Virus record (IMG/VR): IMGVR_UViG_2547132424_000002
Length of the DNA: 64,000 bases
DNA from: a virus
Lineage: Duplodnaviria > Caudoviricetes
Direction: 5' to 3' (one strand)
The translations under genes were made by a program, and so were the position numbers. This document shows, piece by piece, positions 26,707 to 34,945 of this stretch. The stretch's first letter is position 1; the number at the start of each line of letters is the position of its first letter. The notes under the pieces are model-generated. The model did no database searches. It worked only from the letters and a program-made list of their open reading frames with translations, and was not told where the DNA came from.

Positions 26707-28269
26707 ATGTCCAAGTTCAATACCGGCACCACCCGTCCCGTCGCGCACGGGCCGATCCGGACCGACACCACCGCCACCGGCACCACCTTCGAAGGTGCGC
26801 CCGGCTACGCGCGTGACGCGCAGTCTGAACTTTTCCTTCTCGCGGTGACGAACATGGTCGGCGAGGACACCTTCTACGAGCAGGCCAGCGACCGCGACAA
26901 CCGGTTCGCTACCCTCGTCCGCCAGGTCGCGCTCACCGACTTCGACTGGCTCACCCGGTTCGCGCATTGGCTGCGCACCGAGGCCAACATGCGGTCCGCG
27001 CCGATCGTGCTCGCCGCCGAGGCCGCGAAGGCGCGTCTCGATGCAGGGGAATCCGGCGGCCGCGACATCATCAAGACGGTGCTGCAGCGCGCCGACGAGC
27101 CCGGCGAGATGCTGTCCTACTGGCACACCCACTACGGGCGGAAGTTGCCGAAGCCGGTCAAGCGTGGCATCGCCGACGCAGCCCGGCGCCTATACCGCGA
27201 GCGCAGCTACCTCAAGTGGGACAGCGACACCCGCGCCATCCGGTTCGCTGACGTCATCCAGCTGACCCACCCCGATCCGGACGGCGCGCAGGCCATCGAC
27301 GACCTGTACCACTATGTCATCGGCCGCCGGATCGGTGTCGAGCATCTCTCCATCCCGGACACCCTGGCGACCCTGCGCGCCAACGCCGAGTTCAAGCGCC
27401 GCACGGGTGAAGACATCGACCGGATGGCCGCCGACGGCAGCCTGGAGCAGGTGCTCGCCGACGCAGGCATGACGTGGGAGGCACTGTCGGCGTTCGGTGC
27501 CTGGACCGCGGCGCGGTGGGAGGCGATGATCCCGTCCATGGGGTACATGGCTCTCCTGCGAAACTTGCGGAACTTCGACCAGGCAGGTGTGTCCGATGTG
27601 GTCGCGGCGACGGTCGCGGCGCGCCTGTCCGACCCGGACGAGGTGGCGCGGTCGCGGCAGTTGCCGATGCGGTTCCTGTCCGCTTACCGGGCAGCGCCGT
27701 CCCTGCGGTGGTCCTATCCGCTGGAGCAGGCGCTCGACGCATCGCTGGCGAATGTGCCGGAGCTGCAGGGCCGCACGCTGATCATGATCGACACCTCGGG
27801 TTCGATGCGCTCGGCGTTCAGCAAGGACGGAACGCTGATGCGGTGGGATGCCGCGGTGGTGTTCGGGCTGGCTCTCGCCCGCCGCTGCCAGACCGCCGAT
27901 GTGGTGTCGTACTCGAACGACGGGATCCGGTTCCAGCTCGAGCCGGGCGAATCGTTGCTACGTTCGATCGAACGGTGGAAGACCGGCGGCTACTTCATCG
28001 GCGGGGGAACCAACACCGCCGGTGTCACGCAGGCCGCGTACGACCGCCACGACCGCGTCGTCATCCTCACCGACGAGCAGGCGTCTGGGCGCGATCCGGG
28101 CGCGGTCATCCCGAAGACGGTTCCGCTGTACACCTGGAACCTCGCCGGACATCGGCTGGGACACACCGGTGGCGCACCGAACCGGCACGCCTTCGGCGGA
28201 CTGTCAGATGCCGCGTTCAAGATGATCCCCCTCCTCGAGCGGGGCCGTGATGCGGAGTGGCCGTTCTGA
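26707..28269 (+). CDS. rsr: Ro60/Rsr TROVE-domain RNA-binding protein with vWA domain
   Basis: ELF.L.......FYE, R...MRS, RADE..E, LPK.VKRG.ADA, KW, MGYMALLRNLRN, PMRFL.AY, IDTSGSM MIDAS, GGT, ILTDEQ; SD AAGGGG. Confidence 0.95.
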   Translation: MSKFNTGTTRPVAHGPIRTDTTATGTTFEGAPGYARDAQSELFLLAVTNMVGEDTFYEQASDRDNRFATLVRQVALTDFDWLTRFAHWLRTEANMRSAPIVLAAEAAKARLDAGESGGRDIIKTVLQRADEPGEMLSYWHTHYGRKLPKPVKRGIADAARRLYRERSYLKWDSDTRAIRFADVIQLTHPDPDGAQAIDDLYHYVIGRRIGVEHLSIPDTLATLRANAEFKRRTGEDIDRMAADGSLEQVLADAGMTWEALSAFGAWTAARWEAMIPSMGYMALLRNLRNFDQAGVSDVVAATVAARLSDPDEVARSRQLPMRFLSAYRAAPSLRWSYPLEQALDASLANVPELQGRTLIMIDTSGSMRSAFSKDGTLMRWDAAVVFGLALARRCQTADVVSYSNDGIRFQLEPGESLLRSIERWKTGGYFIGGGTNTAGVTQAAYDRHDRVVILTDEQASGRDPGAVIPKTVPLYTWNLAGHRLGHTGGAPNRHAFGGLSDAAFKMIPLLERGRDAEWPF

Positions 28270-29447
28270 TGCCGGTGACACAGTACGGCGAGAAGTTGCT
28301 GTCGTGGGCGGTCGAGTTCGACGGCGCCACGATCGAGCAGGCACGCCAGACCGCGAGTATGCCGTTCGTGGCCCCGCACGTCGCGCTCATGCCCGACGCG
28401 CACAGCGGGCGCGGCGCCGCGGTGGGAACCGTCATCCCCACCGTCGGCGCCGTGATCCCTGCGGCGGTCGGTGTCGATGTCGGCTGCGGGATGGCCGGGG
28501 TCGAGACCCGCTACACCGCAGCCGATATCGCCGGGAAGGACCTCGCGCTGCTGCGGGAGGCAATTGAGAAGGCCATCCCGCTCAGTCCCGGCAACTACAA
28601 CGACCGGATCGGCCGTGACCATACCGCGGAGCGGATCACCGAGTTGGAGGAGCTCGCGGCCCGCAACGGTGTCGAGCTGACGCATTCGCCGAAGTGGCGC
28701 GAGCAGCTCGGATCACTCGGGGGCGGCAATCATTTCATCGAGTTGTGCCTCGACGAACGCGATCACGTCTGGCTGTTCCTGCACTCGGGGTCCCGCGGTG
28801 TCGGGAACAAGATCGCCCAACGGCATATCAAGATCGCGCAGAAGCTGTGCAAGCAGTGGTGGATCGATCTGCCCAGCCCAGACCTCGCGTACCTCGTCGA
28901 GGGCACACCTGAGTTCACCAGCTACATCAAGGAACTCGCGTGGGCCCAGAAGTTCGCCGCCCTCAACCGGGCGGACATGCTCGACCGGTTCGCGACCGAG
29001 TTCGCGCGCTGGCTCGGCACCGACGATCACGGCGAGGTCGACCGCATAATTTCGCACCACAATTACACGCGTCGTGAGCGACACATGGGCCGGGACGTGT
29101 GGCTCACCCGCAAGGGCGCCGTCGACGCGCACGCCGGTGTCCGGTCGATGATCCCGGGCAGCATGGGCACCTCCTCGTTCGTCGTCGAGGGCAAGGGCTG
29201 TGTGCCCGCGCTGTGCTCGGCGCCGCACGGCGCCGGTCGTCGCATGTCGCGCACCGAGGCGAAGAAGCGGTTCACCGCCGAGGACCTCGCGGCGCGGATG
29301 CAGGGCATCGAGTACCGGCATGGTGAGGAATGGGTCGATGAAATCCCCGACGCCTACAAACCGATCACCGAGGTGATGGCCGCTGCGGAGCCGCTGGTTT
29401 CGGTACTGCACCAGCTACGCCAATTGCTAAATGTGAAGGGTACATAG
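28269..29447 (+). CDS. rtcB: RtcB RNA ligase (3'-phosphate/2',3'-cyclic phosphate to 5'-OH)
   Basis: MPDAH, VGVDVGCG, GGGNHFIE, HSGSRG, HHNY, RKGA, IPGSMG, SAPHGAGR, DEIP.AYK all intact; TGATG-coupled to Ro. Confidence 0.96.
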   Translation: MPVTQYGEKLLSWAVEFDGATIEQARQTASMPFVAPHVALMPDAHSGRGAAVGTVIPTVGAVIPAAVGVDVGCGMAGVETRYTAADIAGKDLALLREAIEKAIPLSPGNYNDRIGRDHTAERITELEELAARNGVELTHSPKWREQLGSLGGGNHFIELCLDERDHVWLFLHSGSRGVGNKIAQRHIKIAQKLCKQWWIDLPSPDLAYLVEGTPEFTSYIKELAWAQKFAALNRADMLDRFATEFARWLGTDDHGEVDRIISHHNYTRRERHMGRDVWLTRKGAVDAHAGVRSMIPGSMGTSSFVVEGKGCVPALCSAPHGAGRRMSRTEAKKRFTAEDLAARMQGIEYRHGEEWVDEIPDAYKPITEVMAAAEPLVSVLHQLRQLLNVKGT

Positions 29448-29451
29448 GCGA

Positions 29452-30138
29452 ATGGACACCTTGCTCCTTGAGGGCGTGGTCGGGTCGACCGCCTACGGAC
29501 TCGACCACGCGGACAGCGACACCGACTACGCCGGTATCTACCTCGAGCCCACCGAGCGGCTACTCGGTCTGCATCCGCCGAGCCGGGAGCGCGCGACCCG
29601 TAAGGGCCGTGGCGGGGCGGACGCGACCTATCACGAGCTCGGCAAGTCGATGTCGCTGATGCTGTCGTGCAACCCGACCGCGACGGAGATCTTGTGGCTC
29701 GACAATTACACCCTCACAACCGAATTCGGTGAGGAACTGATCGGGCTGCGGCAGGGTTTCCTGTCCGCGAAACGAGTCCGTGACGCGTTCTTCGGGTACG
29801 CGACCAGCCAGTTCCACCGGTTGATCGACCGCGGCCGTTTCCAGGGGTCGCTGGAGACCCGCAGAGAGAAGCACGCCCGGCACACGATGCGGCTGTTGTG
29901 GCAGGGCTACGAGCTGTACACCACCGGTGTGCTGCCGATCCGGGTGCCGGATCCGGGACCGTATTTCGAGTTCGGCCAACGCATCGTGGGCGATCCCGAG
30001 GCGAAGGCCGCGCAGGAGCTGATCACCCACTACCAGCTGAAGTTCGACGCTGCCCGCACCGTGCTGCCCGATGAGCCGGACGAGGCTCCGCTCGAGGATT
30101 TCCTGCAGCGGGTCCGGAAAGCGAACATGGCCGCATGA
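29452..30138 (+). CDS. RlaP-type (RNA repair pathway Pol-beta family) nucleotidyltransferase
   Basis: GSTAYGL....SDTD, HELGK...L...NPT..E.LW, KHA.H.MRLL..G..L..TG.L. Confidence 0.88.
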   Translation: MDTLLLEGVVGSTAYGLDHADSDTDYAGIYLEPTERLLGLHPPSRERATRKGRGGADATYHELGKSMSLMLSCNPTATEILWLDNYTLTTEFGEELIGLRQGFLSAKRVRDAFFGYATSQFHRLIDRGRFQGSLETRREKHARHTMRLLWQGYELYTTGVLPIRVPDPGPYFEFGQRIVGDPEAKAAQELITHYQLKFDAARTVLPDEPDEAPLEDFLQRVRKANMAA

Positions 30139-30737
30139 CGAACGTCTGGTTCACCTCGGACCTGCACATCGGTCATCGCATGGTCGCCGAACTCCGCGGC
30201 TTCACCGACCCGGCCGACCACGATGACGCTCTGGCCGCGAACTGGGACCGGGTCGTGCGGCCGGATCATCAGGTGTGGGTGCTCGGCGATATCTCGGTGG
30301 GCGGAAAGGCCAACGAGATCCGTGCACTGGAATGGATCGCGGCCCGGCCCGGGACGAAACACCTCGTGGCCGGCAACCACGACTCGTGTCACCCGTACCG
30401 CAGCCAGGCGCACAAATGGCAGCGCATCTACCTCGATGCGGCGTTCGCGTCGGTGCAGCAGTCCGCGGTCCGGAAGATCGCCGGGCAGCGGGTGTTACTG
30501 TCGCACTTCCCGTTCCAGGGCAGCGAGGACGGCGACCACACCGCAGAGAATCGGTTCGAGGAATGGCGGCTCCCCCGCATCGGCGAGAACACGTCACGGT
30601 GGCTCCTGCACGGGCACACGCACTCCCGAGACCCGGGCCACGGCCCGCAGCTGCATGTCGGTCTCGACGCGCATGCTCTCGCACCGGTGCCGCTGGATTG
30701 GGTCGAGTACATGATCGAGAGCGACCCGCCGTTCTGA
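30135..30737 (+). CDS. Calcineurin-like metallophosphoesterase
   Basis: SDLHIGH, VLGD, GNHD, SHFP, LHGHTH. Confidence 0.92.
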   Translation: MTNVWFTSDLHIGHRMVAELRGFTDPADHDDALAANWDRVVRPDHQVWVLGDISVGGKANEIRALEWIAARPGTKHLVAGNHDSCHPYRSQAHKWQRIYLDAAFASVQQSAVRKIAGQRVLLSHFPFQGSEDGDHTAENRFEEWRLPRIGENTSRWLLHGHTHSRDPGHGPQLHVGLDAHALAPVPLDWVEYMIESDPPF

Positions 30738-30740
30738 CCG

Positions 30741-30781
30741 GCTACAGATCACCACAGACGAATACAGATCACTACAGATCC
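30741..30781. repeat. Four tandem 10-bp direct repeats (consensus (A/C)TACAGATCA)
   Basis: gctacagatc accacagacg aatacagatc actacagatc. Confidence 0.8.
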
Positions 30782-30801
30782 CTGGAGAGGGCGAACAGAC
30801 C

Positions 30802-30948
30802 GTGAGTTCAGCACCAGAACGAGATCCGATCGCGGACCTGTTCCGTCGTGGCTTCGAGGCGTACGGCGAGCGTCTCGCCGAGGAGTGCCCAGGCGACCCG
30901 GATGCCGGTTGGGAGCGACTCAGAAAGGACATCGAGGGCGGAGTCTGA
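30802..30948 (+). CDS. Possible small protein (48 aa)
   Basis: GGAGAGG SD, GTG start, open frame to TGA. Confidence 0.35.
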   Translation: MSSAPERDPIADLFRRGFEAYGERLAEECPGDPDAGWERLRKDIEGGV

Positions 30949-31006
30949 TCCGGAGCGCGGTGGGCTCGAGATCCTGTCCCGGATCCCGTAGGGTTTCTTC
31001 TCGGCT

Positions 31007-31022
31007 GGGTTGCACCCTTTTT
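31007..31022 (+). terminator. Weak intrinsic terminator candidate
   Basis: GGGT-TGC-ACCC followed by T5. Confidence 0.3.
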
Positions 31023-31087
31023 CGAGGGAGGGATGAGTGCCGCAACTCGCGTGACCCGGTCGCTGCGCCGCAGTTTCTGCGGTTGCC

Positions 31088-31126
31088 CTAGGGCCGCTGC
31101 TCCATTCCCCCGGAGCGCGGCCCTAG
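31088..31126. other. Long inverted repeat/hairpin upstream of moron
   Basis: CTAGGGCCGC-T-GCTCC / GGAGC-GCGGCCCTAG. Confidence 0.6.
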
Positions 31127-31216
31127 TCGCGTCCCGGGGCCGACCGGCTGGACTAGGGGTAGAAACCGACCGGAACCATTCAACATATGGGCTGGCCTCG
31201 GGTTATCGTGGGCGAC

Positions 31217-32362
31217 ATGGGCGAGCAATACAGCGAGAACGAGGCTTCACCCATGCCTGCCTCGCGCGAGTTCGGGGCGTTCAAATTCGCTGGCGGCCGA
31301 TACGACACCGTAGGCCTGCCGGTTCACGCGATGTCTGAGCTGCAGCGTTACGCCAAGCTCGTCGGCATGGTGGCCCACGCTCTGTATCTGGAGCAGAACA
31401 CCGACCGGCGCCGCGTGCCTCAGGGGTTCTCCGAGGCGCTGGATCTTCGCCTGACGGCTATCCACCCGGGCAGCGTGCAAACGGTGCTGGAATGGACCGG
31501 CTTCGACACTGCCGACCAACCGATCGTCGACGCGCATGAAGACGCCCGCGCACTCGTCGACCGAACTTTCGAGGAACTCGCCCATTCCGGCCAGCTCCCG
31601 AAGGAGTTCCCGCCCAAGGCGCTTGGTGTACTCGGTCAGTTCGGCCGCAGCCTGCGCGATGACGAACGCATCGAGCTCGGCACCTACCGGGATCAGCGTG
31701 CGGTCGTGAACACTCACATCCGTGAGCGGCTGGCGGCGGTAGCGAACTTCGAGACCATCGACGTCGAACGGGTGCTGATCGGCCGTATCACGGGGATCGA
31801 GTCATTGCCTCGACACTCGTTCACCCTGGTACTTGCTGGGCCGGACGCCAAACGCTTGGATTGCGGATTCGCCGACCCGGAGACATTCACGGCGATCGAA
31901 GAATTCGTCGGCTATGCCCGCGATGCGCCGTTGTGTGCGCTCACCGTGCTCGCTGAGCAGCGCACCAGCGGCGAACTCACGGTCACCGATGTCCTCGCGG
32001 TCGAGACCGCACTTCCGCCCGACTGGGTCGCGCGTGTAGCTGCCCTGTCGGAAATCAGAGATGGCTGGCTCAACCCCGAGACTCCACGCCCGACCGTCGA
32101 GTCGATCGATGTTCTCGAGCTGCTACTCGCTCGATGCGTGGAGCACAACATTCCTCGCCCGCTGATGTACCCGTCGGCCGAGGGCGGTGTCCAGCTCGAA
32201 TGGCGGCGTGAAGCGAGTGGCCTGGAGATCGAGATCTACAACGCTCGCACTGTCGACGCTTCCTGGTTCGCGCTCGACAGCGAACGCAGCGAAGACGCAT
32301 CGTTCATGTTCACCGATATCGATCAGATCGTCGAATTCATCGTGGGGAATCTGCATGACTGA
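31217..32362 (+). CDS. Hypothetical protein, moron gene 1
   Basis: 381 aa; C-terminal W...L.EI.DGW...P...MYPSAEGGVQLEW domain. Confidence 0.8.
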   Translation: MGEQYSENEASPMPASREFGAFKFAGGRYDTVGLPVHAMSELQRYAKLVGMVAHALYLEQNTDRRRVPQGFSEALDLRLTAIHPGSVQTVLEWTGFDTADQPIVDAHEDARALVDRTFEELAHSGQLPKEFPPKALGVLGQFGRSLRDDERIELGTYRDQRAVVNTHIRERLAAVANFETIDVERVLIGRITGIESLPRHSFTLVLAGPDAKRLDCGFADPETFTAIEEFVGYARDAPLCALTVLAEQRTSGELTVTDVLAVETALPPDWVARVAALSEIRDGWLNPETPRPTVESIDVLELLLARCVEHNIPRPLMYPSAEGGVQLEWRREASGLEIEIYNARTVDASWFALDSERSEDASFMFTDIDQIVEFIVGNLHD

Positions 32363-32798
32363 GAAGGCAGAGGCCGGTGGCGTCGAAGTAGAACTCGACG
32401 ACGCCAACGAACTGGTCTGGCGCAACGTGAATCCGGGTTTCCTGGACAATGGTGTTCTCTCGTCGCAGGCTTTCCGGCCGACGCCGAAGGACAAGTCGAA
32501 GTTGTCGGGCGCCCGGCAGGCGAAGGTGTCGGCGGAGAAGCACTTTCACGAGTTCACCACCGAGCTCAATCTGTCCTCGGCAGGTGTGTGGGCGGTATCG
32601 GTGGCTGAAGCCAATGCGCAAGACGTGCGCTGCGTGTACGACGCCGAAGCGGCCACCCGGCCGCCGGACCCGTGCCCCGCTGGCCATACATATTTCGACT
32701 TCCAGCCCCACGGCACCGGTGCCCGCAAGCGCATCAGCCGCGTCCTGAGCGACAAGGCCGCCGCGCGCGGCTGTCAGCACTCTCGGCCCGAGGAATAG
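32355..32798 (+). CDS. Hypothetical protein, moron gene 2 (possible ART/RES-like toxin)
   Basis: 147 aa, 8-nt overlap with gene 1; LVWR...SSQAF.P...LS...H pattern. Confidence 0.7.
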   Translation: MTEKAEAGGVEVELDDANELVWRNVNPGFLDNGVLSSQAFRPTPKDKSKLSGARQAKVSAEKHFHEFTTELNLSSAGVWAVSVAEANAQDVRCVYDAEAATRPPDPCPAGHTYFDFQPHGTGARKRISRVLSDKAAARGCQHSRPEE

Positions 32799-32862
32799 AC
32801 CTGCGCCGCGAACGGCCCGGTGGTACTCGAGATCGTGTGAAATTGGCCCTAGCCTGTTATCT

Positions 32863-33522
32863 ATGGGCAACTCGATCCGGCCGTGCACGTACCCCGATTG
32901 CGCTGACCGCAACGGCGACCCTGAGCTGACTTCCGAGGGGATGTGTCCGCGGTGCCAGAAACGGTTCGCGAAGCTCCTTGGCTGGCTCGTCATGGACTGG
33001 GTACACCTGGCCGTCGAATTGCCGATGCCGGCTGCCCGCGGTGCTGGGGAACGCCGGACAACGCAGAAGGTGTACGGGCATCCGGCGGAATGGGCATCCG
33101 ATACCGCGGCGGAAATCGTCGCCGTGCTGAACGAAACCCACGATGCGCTCGCTGACCACCTTGGTGCTTCGTCGGCGCCGCATCCGGGGATCACGGAGCG
33201 GGCCCGGGTCCGGGCGGCTTGGAATTTCCTCGAGTGCCGTATCCCCCAGCTCGCCGCCTACGGCGGCGGCCGCGACGCGGCGATCGATTTCCGTGACCTG
33301 CATGGCATGGTCCGCTCCCGCCTCGGTCTCACCCGCCCCCGCCAGCTGCTACCGACGCCATGCCCGTCGTGCGAGTTGAGGACATTGTTCCGGTCGATCG
33401 ATGCGTACAACGACAGTATCGAGTGCGGGAACTGCGGGCACACGATCCGGGAGGCTCATTACCCGTTCTATACGCGGGTGGTGCTCGACACGCTGATCAA
33501 CGGTGAGAGCGCCGCGGCATGA
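32863..33522 (+). CDS. Zn-ribbon protein preceding the late region (possible late regulator)
   Basis: C-terminal CPSC...CGNC; position just upstream of a promoter/hairpin. Confidence 0.7.
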   Translation: MGNSIRPCTYPDCADRNGDPELTSEGMCPRCQKRFAKLLGWLVMDWVHLAVELPMPAARGAGERRTTQKVYGHPAEWASDTAAEIVAVLNETHDALADHLGASSAPHPGITERARVRAAWNFLECRIPQLAAYGGGRDAAIDFRDLHGMVRSRLGLTRPRQLLPTPCPSCELRTLFRSIDAYNDSIECGNCGHTIREAHYPFYTRVVLDTLINGESAAA

Positions 33523-33561
33523 CTTCCCAGCAATCTTCCGGTAGATTTCACACCTGAGCGG

Positions 33562-33567
33562 TAATTT
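33562..33567 (+). promoter_or_regulatory. Candidate late-promoter -10 element
   Basis: TAATTT (TANNNT) in an AT-rich gap just upstream of a hairpin. Confidence 0.35.
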
Positions 33568-33577
33568 TGTCGTGCCC

Positions 33578-33622
33578 AAATCCCCTTCGCAGGTGTTTCA
33601 GCGGAGGGGATTTTGCTGTTTT
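33578..33622 (+). terminator. Intrinsic terminator-like hairpin
   Basis: AAATCCCCT / AGGGGATTT followed by TGCTGTTTT. Confidence 0.5.
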
Positions 33623-33638
33623 GCAGGGAGGTGCCGGG

Positions 33639-33845
33639 ATGCTCGTCACCGACGGCCTGGATTCGCAAATGACCGCCGTGGAAGCATCCAGCGTATTCGG
33701 CGTCTCGGCTGACCTCATCCGCAAATGGGCTTCCCTCGGCAAAATCACAGCGGTCGGTATCGACCCGCGTGGCCGAAAGCTGTACAAGCTCATAGACATC
33801 GCCCGCTACGAGCAGCAAACCCGCCGCGCCGCGGGCCGCTCGTAG
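33639..33845 (+). CDS. MerR-like HTH DNA-binding protein
   Basis: MTAVEA...GVS.DLIRKWA..GKI...G.D.RGRKLY. Confidence 0.75.
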   Translation: MLVTDGLDSQMTAVEASSVFGVSADLIRKWASLGKITAVGIDPRGRKLYKLIDIARYEQQTRRAAGRS

Positions 33846-33860
33846 ACCGGCGAACCGATC

Positions 33861-33977
33861 GTTGCAGCGCGTCAAACCGGCCCCACGATGCAACCCCGGC
33901 AAGCGCCCCTAGACCCTGGCCTCGTAATCCTTTGGGGGTGAGCGAGGTCAGGAGAGGTCACCGCTGCGCGCTGCAAC
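33861..33977. ncRNA. Candidate structured RNA
   Basis: Perfect 11-bp closing helix plus a 10-bp inner helix in an intergenic gap. Confidence 0.45.
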
Positions 33978-34031
33978 AACTCCGGATGGATGTTCCGGGT
34001 ACACCTACCCGAATCCTCTAGGGAGACATCC

Positions 34032-34277
34032 GTGCACAACATCACCATCGGCCGCTACAACGGCGCGGAAGGCACAGCGACCCGTGTCCGCTGCGACGAA
34101 CGTGGGAACGAGCTGTCGCGCGAGAGCTTCAAGGCTCACGCCGGATGGATCGAGGGTGTCCGCGACGACGGGTCGACGTGGATCATGTACCTCGACGGTA
34201 GCGGCAGCCCGGAATGCTTTTGGCCGCGCCGCGAGTCGGACGGTGCTGTGATCGGTGATCCGGTCCGGCTGGATTGA
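34032..34277 (+). CDS. Hypothetical protein
   Basis: GGGAG SD; high GC3. Confidence 0.65.
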   Translation: MHNITIGRYNGAEGTATRVRCDERGNELSRESFKAHAGWIEGVRDDGSTWIMYLDGSGSPECFWPRRESDGAVIGDPVRLD

Positions 34278-34520
34278 CCACCGCCGCAGCGGTGTCTGGT
34301 GGTCGGGGAGCTGCGGTAATCCCCGGCCGCCCGAAAATCTCGCGGGCCGGTTGGTCTGCGGGCTGGACAGTAAGACCCGGTGGTCTCCGGGCGGGGGAAC
34401 AGGCGCGAAGAATTGGGCACGAGCCGCCCCCGGTGGCCGCGAGACGAATCACGAGCCCGACGGGCGATGCCGATACCCGTCCAGCACGCAGACGAACCGG
34501 TCCACACCTCCGATCAACCG
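34277..34520. ncRNA. Candidate large structured RNA with possible pseudoknots
   Basis: 22-bp helix 34347-68/34479-500 with two mismatches; crossing 8-bp and 7-bp complementarities. Confidence 0.55.
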
Positions 34521-34528
34521 AGCTGACG

Positions 34529-34822
34529 ATGTCCAAGACAGACAAGACCGCACCGTTCCTGGTGAAGCTCCGCTGCGGCGATCTCGACACGGTCGAGTAC
34601 CACGATCACCGCGACGGCACGTGCGACCTGGCGGCCGATCCGGACCGCTTCGGGTTCGCTGTACGCGGCTGTTACAAGGCGTTCCACTACACGGGCACGG
34701 TGGTGTGCAGCTGCCCGATGTGCCACGGCCTCGACCCGCGCCGGACCGCGCCTCAGCGGCGGCGCAGGGAGCGGCGTACGGCGAAACAGGCCCTGCGCGC
34801 GGCCGATCCGGCGCAGTGGTGA
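34529..34822 (+). CDS. Cys/Arg-rich hypothetical protein
   Basis: MSKTDKT.PF.V...CSCPMC...RRRERR.AK. Confidence 0.65.
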   Translation: MSKTDKTAPFLVKLRCGDLDTVEYHDHRDGTCDLAADPDRFGFAVRGCYKAFHYTGTVVCSCPMCHGLDPRRTAPQRRRRERRTAKQALRAADPAQW

Positions 34823-34945
34823 GCGCGGTTCAAGTTCCGCGCCGAGGACTTGAGCCGGACGGCCCGCGTTCAAGCCCGCTTGAGAGCCTCAACTCCTAAC
34901 CATCCCCAAATTTGGCCCAAGTTTGGGGTTCGCCGAGGAGGCGTC

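Noticed and set aside
30741-30781. CRISPR array
   Set aside because: 10-bp tandem units with no spacers and no cas genes; no CRISPR array seen anywhere in the window
34274-34528. 85-aa N-terminal extension of ORF 34529-34822
   Set aside because: GC3 is well below that of neighbouring genes and the sequence is dominated by long helices; not fully excluded because TTG overlaps the upstream stop
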